Source: Thermodesulfovibrionales bacterium
Lineage (GTDB): Bacteria; Nitrospirota; Thermodesulfovibrionia; Thermodesulfovibrionales; UBA6898
Direction: 5' to 3'
Assembly: GCA_044450345.1 (NCBI GenBank)
Contig: JBIOIY010000006.1
Coordinates: forward strand, 1 to 64,000
DNA: 64,000 bases
Shown piece by piece: positions 30,794-39,638 of this stretch (positions within the stretch are counted from its first letter, which is position 1; the number at the start of each line of letters is the position of its first letter). The translations under genes were made by a program, and so were the position numbers. Below the pieces are notes generated by a model. That model ran no database searches. It worked only from the letters and a program-made list of their open reading frames with translations, and was not told the DNA's origin.

Positions 30794-33700
30794 ATGAAAT
30801 ACATCGGTCTTGACGCAGGCTCGGTAAGTGTCAAACTTGTTGTCTTCGATGAGGACGGCAAGATGCTGCATAGTTTTTATCAGCGGCATAAGGGACAACC
30901 CCTGGTGCGCGCGCTTGAAATATTAATAAAAGTCTCAGAACATGATGCAGAAGCAGGGGGTAAGGACCTTTCACTCTCCCTTACCGGTTCGGCAGGCAGG
31001 CTGATCGGCCAAATACTCGCCATCGAACCTGTCAACGAAGTCGTAGCATATGCCTATGCCACCCGCAGGCTTTATCCCCACGTCAAATCGATAATCGAAC
31101 TCGGCGGCGAAGATTCAAAACTCATCATCGTGGACGAAGACTCCCTTTCAGCAAAAGATTTCGCGATGAATTCCGTCTGCGCGGCAGGCACGGGCTCTTT
31201 CCTCGACCAGCAGGCAGAGAGGCTCAGGCTTTCCATCGAGGAATTCAGCGCGCTCTGCCTGAAATCGAAAAAGCCGCCGCGGATCGCCGGGAGATGCAGT
31301 GTCTTCGCAAAATCCGATATGATCCATCTCCAGCAGATCGCAACCCCCGTAGAGGACATCGTCGCAGGACTCTGTTTCGCCGTTGCAAGAAACTTCAAGG
31401 GTTCCATCGCCAGGGGGAGAGAGATACTTTCCCCTGTATCTTTCCAGGGTGGTGTCGCCGCAAACTCCGGCATGGTCAGGGCATTTAAGGAGGTGTTCGG
31501 TCTTGAAGACCTCGTTGTGCCCGAAGAGCATGCATTGATGGGGGCCATCGGAGCAGCGTTAAGGAACATGGAGGCAAAGAGACCTCAGCCTTTCGATTTG
31601 CGGAAGTTAGAGGAATTCGTGAATTCGAGCAGGCCCTCTGAAAAAGGGCATAAACCTCTGGTACAAAAGGGGGAAGACTTCTTTGAAAGGCACCATAAAG
31701 CAGATGAAGAGATGGAAAGAAAGATCGAAAAGCTGGAAAATGGAGGTCCTTCACGAATAAATGCCTATCTCGGCGTAGATATCGGCTCGATAAGCACGAA
31801 CCTCGCGGTCATAGATGAGAATTGCCGGTTGTTGGCCAAGCGTTATCTGATGACCGCCGGCAGGCCGATCGAGGCGGTCAAACAAGGGCTGGAGGAAATA
31901 GGCGATGAATTAGGGGAAGAAGTGGTGATCTGTGGTGTCGGGACAACGGGGTCGGGGAGATATATGATCGCGGATTACGTGGGGGCAGACATCGTAAAAA
32001 ACGAGATCACGGCGCAGGCGACTGCGGCTGTCTTCATTGATAATAACGTCGACACTATTTTCGAGATCGGCGGCCAGGACTCCAAGTACATATCCCTCAA
32101 AAACGGCGTGATAGTCGATTTCGAGATGAACAAAGCCTGCGCTGCAGGCACAGGCTCTTTTCTCGAGGAACAGGCCGAAAAACTCAACATCCCTATAAAG
32201 AAAGAATTTGAGCGACTTGCATTGAAGGCATCGAGTCCTTGCAGACTCGGGGAGAGGTGCACGGTCTTCATGGAGAATTCACTGATGGCCAGCCTTCAGC
32301 GCGGCGCCAACAGGGAAGACCTGCTGGCAGGACTTTCATATTCTATTGTGCAAAATTATATCAACCGCGTTGTCGTCAAGCGGCCGATCGGGCAGAAGAT
32401 TTTTTTCCAGGGCGGAGTAGCATTCAATAAATCGGTAGTCGCGGCTTTCGAAAAATACCTTGACAGGCAGATTACCGTGCCGCCGAACCATGATGTGACG
32501 GGCGCCATAGGCATGGGGCTGATCGCGATGAAGCATATGAGGGAAAGGAACACGGTCGCCACGAATTTTAAGGGTTTCGGGTTATCAAAGAGGCCCTATG
32601 AGATATCCTCCTTCGAATGCAAAGGATGCCCGAACGTATGTGAGATCAACCGGGTAAAAATCGAAGGTGAGAAGGGCTATCTCTTTTACGGCGGCAGGTG
32701 CGAGAAGTATGATGTGAAAAAGGACCGGAAAGAAAATAACCTCCCCGACCTCTTCGCCTTGAGGGAGGGATGGCTCTGGAAGGCTCATCTTGAGAGACAG
32801 GCCAGTATGGGCGCTGTCACCTCTGCCGTACATTCAATAACTAAAAGTGGGGCTCCGCGAACAAAAATAGGTATTCCCTATATATTCTATTTTCATGACT
32901 ACCTCCCCTTCTGGACAACGCTTTTATGGGAACTGGGATTCGAGGTAGAAGTGTCCGGCAAGACCGACAGAAACATCGTAGACCTAGGGCTTGAGAGCGT
33001 GCTTTCCGAGACATGTTTCCCTGTAAAAACCGCTCATGGGCATATCAAGCATCTTCTTGATCGGGGGGTGGAAACGATATTTGTCCCGAGCTTCGTTAAT
33101 CTGAATGTACCGGGAGACGCTTTCGAGAGGGGATTTGCCTGTCCCTACACCCAGACGATCCCGTATTCTGCCCGGATCGCATTTAAGAAAGCGCGTCTTC
33201 TGACGCCGGTCATCGATATGAGCAGAGGAAAAGCCTTCCTTAAAAAAGAACTTCTGAAGGTCCTCAAGCCTTTTAAGATCAGCTCGTCGCAGATATCGAA
33301 AGCCCTCACGACTGCGCAGGGGGCGCAGGAAAAATTCCAGAGGCAGGTCAGGAACGAGGGAGAAAAAATCCTTTCGTCTTTAAAGGAACGGGCCGTAGTT
33401 ATCACGGGAAGGGCATACAATTCCTTTGACAAAGGCATGAACCTGAACATCCCGAAGAAGCTTGCGGACCTTGGAGTACTCTCGATACCCATGGATTTCC
33501 TTCCCCTTGAATCTTCCGATATCGACCGGGATTGGCCCAACATGTATTGGCGGGCCGGCCAGAGGATATTGAGCGCAGCGAGGACCGTGAGGGACAACCC
33601 CTTGCTCCACTCGGTCTATATAGGCAACTTTTCCTGCGGCCCCGACTCTTTCATCATCAAGTTCTATGAGGAGGAGATGTCCGGAAAACCATATCTTCAT

Positions 33701-35047
33701 CTCGAGATAGATGCACACAGCGCCGATGCCGGGGCCGTCACACGGTGCGAGGCGTTCCTCGACAGCATCGAAAATGAAGGGGTCAGAAATCAGGGGGCGG
33801 GGGGCCGGAGAGCCGCTGCGACAAAAAAATCGCTTCACTCCTCGCCTCTTACTCGTCACTCAAAACGGACTATTTACATCCCCCGGATGTCAGACCATGC
33901 CTTCGCCCTTGCTGCGGCATTCGAATACTGCGGGGTTGATGCCGAGGTACTCCCGGAATCTTCAAAGGATGCCGTGGACCTCGGCAAGAAATTCGTCTCG
34001 GGTAAAGAGTGCTACCCCTGCGCGGTGACGACCGGCGACATGGTGAAAAAGATATCGGGACCCGGTTTTGTTCCGGAGAGATCGGCCTTCTTTATGCCCT
34101 CCGGCGCCGGTCCCTGCAGATTCGGTCAGTACAATGTATTTCACAGGCTCGTAATAAAAGAACTGGGGTATGAAGATGTCCCCGTATTTTCGCCCAACCA
34201 GGACGAAAACTTCTATGAACATCTCGGCGCAATCAGCAGGAATTTTGCTATGAGGTCCTGGAAGGGCATTATCGCCCTCGAACTTCTTCATAAATGTCTG
34301 CACGAAACACGCCCTTATGAAATCGACAGAGGTTCCTCTGATGCGATATACGGCAACTACCTCCGGCGGGCCTGCCAATCCATTAAAGGCGCCGACGGCG
34401 CTATCGGGAAACTCCTCGGAAAAGCCAGGGCCGACTTCGAAAACGTCCGGAAGACCCGGGACAGGAAACCACTCATAGGGATCGTGGGCGAAATATTCGT
34501 GCGGTCCAATAGGTTCTCCAATGAAGACCTGGCAAGAAAGATCGAGGCCCTCGGCGGCGAGGCATATCTCGCACCGGTTGAAGAATGGATATCGTACGTC
34601 AACTATATGGCCCTGCGGAGGGTCTTGATAAAAAAAGATTGGTCTGGTATCATTAGTCTTCTGTTGAAGAGGTTCTTTCAAAAGAGGATCGAGCACGGAC
34701 TAGGAAGGCAATTCGCGGGTTTTCTGCAAAACCCGGACGAGCCGGATACAAAAGAGATATTGGCAAAAGCGGGTCCTTACCTCCACTCCTCCTTTGAGGG
34801 GGAGGCAATCCTCAGCATAGGCAAGAGCATCGACCTCATACATAGGGGGGCATCCGGCCTTGTAAATGCCATGCCCTTTGGATGTATGCCGGGCACGATC
34901 GTCAGCGGGTTGATGCGCGGCATCAGTACGGACTTTGGCGTCCCGTGTCTCAGCATACCCTATGACGGCACGGAGTCTCTGACAACGGAGATCCAGTTAG
35001 AGGCGTTCATGGACCAGGCCAGAGAATATAAAAGCAAAAAAAGATAA
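30794..35047 (+). CDS. Fused CoA-substrate enzyme activase / 2-hydroxyacyl-CoA dehydratase-like protein
   Basis: Two ASKHA activator domains (GLDAGSVS and GVDIGSIS; CAAGTGSFL twice) plus DUF2229-like domains (CFPVK, FSCGPDSF, ECYPC, PFGCMPG). Confidence 0.88.
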   Translation: MKYIGLDAGSVSVKLVVFDEDGKMLHSFYQRHKGQPLVRALEILIKVSEHDAEAGGKDLSLSLTGSAGRLIGQILAIEPVNEVVAYAYATRRLYPHVKSIIELGGEDSKLIIVDEDSLSAKDFAMNSVCAAGTGSFLDQQAERLRLSIEEFSALCLKSKKPPRIAGRCSVFAKSDMIHLQQIATPVEDIVAGLCFAVARNFKGSIARGREILSPVSFQGGVAANSGMVRAFKEVFGLEDLVVPEEHALMGAIGAALRNMEAKRPQPFDLRKLEEFVNSSRPSEKGHKPLVQKGEDFFERHHKADEEMERKIEKLENGGPSRINAYLGVDIGSISTNLAVIDENCRLLAKRYLMTAGRPIEAVKQGLEEIGDELGEEVVICGVGTTGSGRYMIADYVGADIVKNEITAQATAAVFIDNNVDTIFEIGGQDSKYISLKNGVIVDFEMNKACAAGTGSFLEEQAEKLNIPIKKEFERLALKASSPCRLGERCTVFMENSLMASLQRGANREDLLAGLSYSIVQNYINRVVVKRPIGQKIFFQGGVAFNKSVVAAFEKYLDRQITVPPNHDVTGAIGMGLIAMKHMRERNTVATNFKGFGLSKRPYEISSFECKGCPNVCEINRVKIEGEKGYLFYGGRCEKYDVKKDRKENNLPDLFALREGWLWKAHLERQASMGAVTSAVHSITKSGAPRTKIGIPYIFYFHDYLPFWTTLLWELGFEVEVSGKTDRNIVDLGLESVLSETCFPVKTAHGHIKHLLDRGVETIFVPSFVNLNVPGDAFERGFACPYTQTIPYSARIAFKKARLLTPVIDMSRGKAFLKKELLKVLKPFKISSSQISKALTTAQGAQEKFQRQVRNEGEKILSSLKERAVVITGRAYNSFDKGMNLNIPKKLADLGVLSIPMDFLPLESSDIDRDWPNMYWRAGQRILSAARTVRDNPLLHSVYIGNFSCGPDSFIIKFYEEEMSGKPYLHLEIDAHSADAGAVTRCEAFLDSIENEGVRNQGAGGRRAAATKKSLHSSPLTRHSKRTIYIPRMSDHAFALAAAFEYCGVDAEVLPESSKDAVDLGKKFVSGKECYPCAVTTGDMVKKISGPGFVPERSAFFMPSGAGPCRFGQYNVFHRLVIKELGYEDVPVFSPNQDENFYEHLGAISRNFAMRSWKGIIALELLHKCLHETRPYEIDRGSSDAIYGNYLRRACQSIKGADGAIGKLLGKARADFENVRKTRDRKPLIGIVGEIFVRSNRFSNEDLARKIEALGGEAYLAPVEEWISYVNYMALRRVLIKKDWSGIISLLLKRFFQKRIEHGLGRQFAGFLQNPDEPDTKEILAKAGPYLHSSFEGEAILSIGKSIDLIHRGASGLVNAMPFGCMPGTIVSGLMRGISTDFGVPCLSIPYDGTESLTTEIQLEAFMDQAREYKSKKR

Positions 35048-35152
35048 ATGATGGATAATAGAAGTAGCAGTAAAGAGAGATTTGTCATACTTTTTCTTAT
35101 TTTTCTGCTTGCTGCTTACTCTAAATTTTAACTATAAAAAGGAGGTGAGTCC

Positions 35153-35251
35153 GTGGGGAGCGTTGTAAAATGGCGTAAGAAAAAAATGAGCAAGCACAAA
35201 CACAAGAAGCTGCTCAAGAAGACCAAACATCAAAGAAGAAGGAATAAATAA
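35153..35251 (+). CDS. Small basic ribosomal protein bS22 / AURKAIP1-COX24 family, 32 aa
   Basis: GTG start after AAGGAGGTG; MGSVVKWRKKKMSKHKHKKLLKKTKHQRRRNK; below the ORF-track length cutoff. Confidence 0.88.
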   Translation: MGSVVKWRKKKMSKHKHKKLLKKTKHQRRRNK

Positions 35252-35304
35252 AGGTTGGACATCTTGTCGCTTTCATACTTTATTTCATTATTTCAGGATA
35301 AGCT

Positions 35305-36054
35305 CTATTCGGACCTCTGCACGTCCGCAGGGAAACGGGTCACTCTTATCCCCGCAAACGGCATTCTCGATAGGTAATCCCTAAAGAGGACTTTTTTTAC
35401 GCTGCCGCCTGTCTCTTTTCTACCGTTCGCATGGATCAGATAGACTTTGCCGGCCTCTTTCTTGATGATCCCGATGTGACCAACAATCACTCCGGCCGCG
35501 ATCTTCTCCGGAGGATTTACAAAGAAGACGATATCGCCGCTCCTGAGACCGCCGAAGGATCCGGCGGCATCGCCCGGCACGATGAATGCGGTCGCCTTCC
35601 CCGAAGGCCCCGCAACAGTGAGGGTCTCCCCCAGAGTCGGCGTTATCTCTTTCCCCCACTTGCCGCTCTCGATCATCTCTTCGCCGTATTGAAACCTGTC
35701 TCCATAGTTGACAACCTTGCCGTCCTCAACCTTGCCGCCGTGAAGAAAACGAATGTCGAGAGCAATGCGCAGGGAATCGTCGGGATCTTTCCCAAGGGCG
35801 AGTTCGACGGCCCTGAAGGTCAGATACATGCAGTCCACCCTGTCATCCGCGACGATAACACTTTTCCTCACATACTCTCCAAGCGGGTCCGTGTCATAGG
35901 GTGTTCCGACAAACTGCTCTCCCCAGAAGGCGATGCGCTCGCCCGCCGGCAACACCCTGGTTTCCCTCTGAAGGGCCGCCACATCGACTCCCGACGTAAA
36001 GGCCGCTGCCAGAGAGCATGGCGCAAGAAGCATGAAAAGGAGCAACCGTAACAT
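35305..36054 (-). CDS. Exported NlpC/P60-like amidase (DUF1460-like)
   Basis: Signal peptide, FVGTPY, VDC catalytic Cys, GDIVFF, HIGI, IHA. Confidence 0.78.
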   Translation of the reverse strand: MLRLLLFMLLAPCSLAAAFTSGVDVAALQRETRVLPAGERIAFWGEQFVGTPYDTDPLGEYVRKSVIVADDRVDCMYLTFRAVELALGKDPDDSLRIALDIRFLHGGKVEDGKVVNYGDRFQYGEEMIESGKWGKEITPTLGETLTVAGPSGKATAFIVPGDAAGSFGGLRSGDIVFFVNPPEKIAAGVIVGHIGIIKKEAGKVYLIHANGRKETGGSVKKVLFRDYLSRMPFAGIRVTRFPADVQRSE

Positions 36055-36116
36055 TTCTTATTATAATCGCAACAAAACTTTTGAAACAACGCGGCCCGAT
36101 AGGGTATTATTCATAG

Positions 36117-37121
36117 ATGATCAAACCTTTTTCTACGACGGGGATAGGCAGCCTGCCACACGTAAATGCTGAAGATGCGTGCAGGCTCATCCTTGACACG
36201 TTCGACATCCCCTTCTGGCCTCAGCTTCCGCGGACATCATTCAGGGAATTCATGGTCCCTCAGTATTCCGAGGGTATGCCTTTTGTCAAGACAGACCCGG
36301 AGAAGCAGACGGTCTGGGTCGAAAGAGGCCCTTCTGATGAACTCGAACGGTTCTATGAAGGATGGAAAGAAGAAAGCCGTATAGCGATATCAGAAGACTA
36401 TGCAAAGGGCCTTCACGCCTTTCTGCATATCATCAAAAACAAGAAATTTGAATTCCTGAAAGGCCATGTGACCGGCCCCCTGACATTCACGCTTGGGCTG
36501 AAGGATACAGGGGGAAAACCGATATATTTCGACGAGGAACTGCGGGAGATAGCCCTGATGCTTCTGAAGGCCAAAACGAGGTGGCAGATCGATACCCTGA
36601 AGGTCCACGCCGGAAAGGTGATCGTATTTATCGATGAGCCGATCCTCTCTGCCCTTGGCGGTTCGGCCTATCTCGGCGTCAGTGAAGTAGAAAGTATGAG
36701 GCTGATCGCAGAGATGGCGGAAGTCATACGCTTCGAAGGCGGCATACCGGGCATTCATTGCTGCGGCAACGCAAACTGGCCGCTCGTGATCCGATGCGGG
36801 GCGGACATCATCAACTTCGACGCCTATGACTATGTCGATACGATCGCCCTGTACCCCGAAGAGTTCAGGAGATTTCTCGAAAGGGGTGGGTCACTCGCAT
36901 GGGGGATCGTCCCCACATCGGATGCGATAACCCTTGAAACCCCGGATTCGGTGATCAAACGGTTTCGTGAAGGAATCGAGAAGCTTTCCCGGCATTACCC
37001 GGAGGAACTCCTCCTTTCGCGCATACTCATAACGCCTTCGTGCGGCACCGGGTCGCGGACCGTTGAAGAAACACTCAAGGTCTTTCAGATCCTGATGAGG
37101 CTGAAAGAGGCCTTAGCGTGA
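36117..37121 (+). CDS. Single-barrel core methionine synthase (MesB-like)
   Basis: TGIGSLPH, PFWPQLP, zinc ligands HCC and TPSCG, WGIVP; 334 aa, no N-terminal MetE barrel. Confidence 0.75.
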   Translation: MIKPFSTTGIGSLPHVNAEDACRLILDTFDIPFWPQLPRTSFREFMVPQYSEGMPFVKTDPEKQTVWVERGPSDELERFYEGWKEESRIAISEDYAKGLHAFLHIIKNKKFEFLKGHVTGPLTFTLGLKDTGGKPIYFDEELREIALMLLKAKTRWQIDTLKVHAGKVIVFIDEPILSALGGSAYLGVSEVESMRLIAEMAEVIRFEGGIPGIHCCGNANWPLVIRCGADIINFDAYDYVDTIALYPEEFRRFLERGGSLAWGIVPTSDAITLETPDSVIKRFREGIEKLSRHYPEELLLSRILITPSCGTGSRTVEETLKVFQILMRLKEALA

Positions 37122-37750
37122 AGGGCATCTTCATATCTTTAGAGGGAATCGAGGGCACCGGCAAATCTACGCAGACAGAGCTCCTTGCGGAATACCTCAG
37201 GAGCAAAGGGTACGGGGTCACAAAGACGGCGGAGCCCGGAGGCACCAGGATAAGCCTCAAGATAAGGGATCTCCTTCTTTCCACCGACAGTACCGACATG
37301 GACCCTCTCACAGAGTTGCTGCTCTACAACGCCGCGCGGGTCCAGCATATAAAAGAGATTATCATGCCGGCGTTGCTAAGGGGAGACGTGGTGGTTACCG
37401 ACAGGTTCAGCGATTCGACAACGGCCTATCAGGGATACGGCAGAGGCATCGACCTTAAACTCATCGATGCCCTCGATGCCGTCACCACTAATAGATTGAG
37501 GCCGCATCTTACGGTACTCCTGGATATCGACGTCGAAACCGGATTAGCGAGGAACCGAAAGATACAGAAATACGATCGGCTCGAACTTGAAGAAGTCTCC
37601 TTTCATGAAAGAGTGAGGAAGGGGTTTATAAGTATCGCTGCAAAGGAACAGGAGCGGGTAACGCTGATCGACTGCTCCGGGGACATAGAAACAGTGCACA
37701 AAAAAGTCGTCGGTATTGTGGAAGCTTTTCTGGAAACGTTTCGCAAATGA
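37118..37750 (+). CDS. tmk: Thymidylate kinase
   Basis: EGIEGTGKST, EPGG, DRFSDSTTAYQG. Confidence 0.96.
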   Translation: MKGIFISLEGIEGTGKSTQTELLAEYLRSKGYGVTKTAEPGGTRISLKIRDLLLSTDSTDMDPLTELLLYNAARVQHIKEIIMPALLRGDVVVTDRFSDSTTAYQGYGRGIDLKLIDALDAVTTNRLRPHLTVLLDIDVETGLARNRKIQKYDRLELEEVSFHERVRKGFISIAAKEQERVTLIDCSGDIETVHKKVVGIVEAFLETFRK

Positions 37751-37786
37751 ACCACGAAGGCGCAATGCCCACAGGGTGTAAAAGCC

Positions 37787-38770
37787 GTGTCGCTTAAAGA
37801 TATCGTCGGGCAGGAAAAGGCGGTCCTGATGCTTTTGGGGATTCTCAGGAGACAGAAGGTCGCATCTTCCTATCTTTTCTGCGGAGAGGCCGGAGTGGGC
37901 AAGAAAACCGCCGCGATCGATTTCGCAAAGGCGGTAAACTGTCTCAGTCCGAGATCCCCCGGTCCGCAATTTCCGGCTGACGGCCCTGTTGATGCCTGTG
38001 ACGGATGCGAATCGTGTGAAAAGATCAATGCGGGCGTCCATCCTGATTTTCTCCTTGTATCTCCGGAGGAGAGACTCATAAGGATAGAGGAGATCCGCAT
38101 GGTGGACGAGACGCTTTCTTATAAACCTTTCGAGGGAAGAAAAAAAACAGTCATCGTCGACGATGCCGAGACAATGAACATCTCGGCCGCAAACGCATTT
38201 TTGAAAACGCTTGAAGAGCCTCCGGAGGACAGCGTCATTATCCTAATCTCTTCCAAGCCTGACCTGCTCCCCGCGACGATACGGTCGCGCTGTTCCCGGA
38301 TCAACTTCTCCCCCCTGCCGACGGACGCCTGCATGCGGGTGCTTTCCGGTAAAGAAACAGACACTGAAAAACTTTCCCTGGCGGTCAGACTATCGATGGG
38401 TCGGCCGGGGACTGCACTGTCCGCCGATCTCGCGGAGGAAAGGACGTGGTTTCTGAACCTCTTCAGGGGGATGTTGCACGCTGAAAAAGACGGGTGGTCG
38501 TCGCGTGACGATATGGAACGCTGGTTCGACCATGTGCTGGTCTTCTTCAGGGACATGACCGTCCTGAAGATAACGAAAGATCCCGCACGTCTGATCAATG
38601 CCGACCTTGAAGCGTATTTCTCAGACTTGAGCAAATCCGTTGACGTAAAAGTTATAATATATATTTATCAGGAATTGAGCCGGATAAGAAGGCTGTTGTC
38701 GTTCAATCTCAACAAGTCAATCACATGGAATTACACAGCCTCGATGTTGAGAAAGGTACTGGTGTTTTAG
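37787..38770 (+). CDS. holB: DNA polymerase III delta-prime subunit
   Basis: Zn cluster CDGCESC, HPDF, AANAFLKTLEEP, TIRSRC; follows tmk. Confidence 0.94.
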   Translation: MSLKDIVGQEKAVLMLLGILRRQKVASSYLFCGEAGVGKKTAAIDFAKAVNCLSPRSPGPQFPADGPVDACDGCESCEKINAGVHPDFLLVSPEERLIRIEEIRMVDETLSYKPFEGRKKTVIVDDAETMNISAANAFLKTLEEPPEDSVIILISSKPDLLPATIRSRCSRINFSPLPTDACMRVLSGKETDTEKLSLAVRLSMGRPGTALSADLAEERTWFLNLFRGMLHAEKDGWSSRDDMERWFDHVLVFFRDMTVLKITKDPARLINADLEAYFSDLSKSVDVKVIIYIYQELSRIRRLLSFNLNKSITWNYTASMLRKVLVF

Positions 38771-38771
38771 A

Positions 38772-39638
38772 ATGCCGAATGTAATCGGAATACGATTTAA
38801 GAGCTGCGGGAAAATATATGATTTCGAGGTGGACGGACTTGAAGTCACCAAGGGAGACCGCGTTATCGTGGAGTCCGAATTCGGACTGAGCATAGGCCAG
38901 GTAATCACGGGCCCCGTTTCCATTGATATGCCTGAAAAAGACCTGAAAAAAGTCCTTCGTGTGGCGACTGAAGAGGACCTCAGGCAGAAGCAGGACAATG
39001 AAAAGTTCGAGCGCGAAGCCAGGAGTTTCTGCATCGAGAGGATCATGGCGCGGGGGCTTCCTATGAAGCTGGTCTGTTCTGAGGTGACGCTCGACCGTAA
39101 AAGGATCGTTTTTTATTTTACCGCCGACGGCAGGATAGATTTCAGGGAACTCGTAAAAGACCTCGCCGCAAAATTCAAGACACGGATCGAGATGCGACAG
39201 ATCGGCGTACGCGATAAGGCAAAAATGGTGGGGGGGCTCGGCCTCTGCGGAAAAGAGCTTTGCTGCAAGCTGTTCCTAACCTCCTTCGAGCCCATTTCGA
39301 TAAAGATGGCAAAGCAGCAGGAACTTGTTCTGAATACCGGTAAACTCTCGGGCATCTGCGGGAGGTTGATGTGCTGTCTGGGATATGAGTATAACGAAGG
39401 CGGCGATGCTACCGCGCGGACGGACGAGAAGGCCATCCTCCTGAAGGAAGAGGAAGTGGCGTCCGATTCCGTTGCGGAATCCTTGATCGGCCCTGAAGTC
39501 CCCTGCTGCACCGACGTGCAGCCTGCGGGCATCGCTCCGGCCCAGCCGGAGAAACAGGGTGAAAAGAAAAAGCCCGAGGGGTTCAGAAAACATAAGAGAA
39601 GAAGGAGATACAGGAAGAAGGCCCACAAGGATGAATAA
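38772..39638 (+). CDS. ricT: PSP1-domain protein RicT/YaaT
   Basis: FYFTADGRIDFRELVKDL, CGKELCC, CGRLMCC; holB-ricT-metG context. Confidence 0.9.
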   Translation: MPNVIGIRFKSCGKIYDFEVDGLEVTKGDRVIVESEFGLSIGQVITGPVSIDMPEKDLKKVLRVATEEDLRQKQDNEKFEREARSFCIERIMARGLPMKLVCSEVTLDRKRIVFYFTADGRIDFRELVKDLAAKFKTRIEMRQIGVRDKAKMVGGLGLCGKELCCKLFLTSFEPISIKMAKQQELVLNTGKLSGICGRLMCCLGYEYNEGGDATARTDEKAILLKEEEVASDSVAESLIGPEVPCCTDVQPAGIAPAQPEKQGEKKKPEGFRKHKRRRRYRKKAHKDE

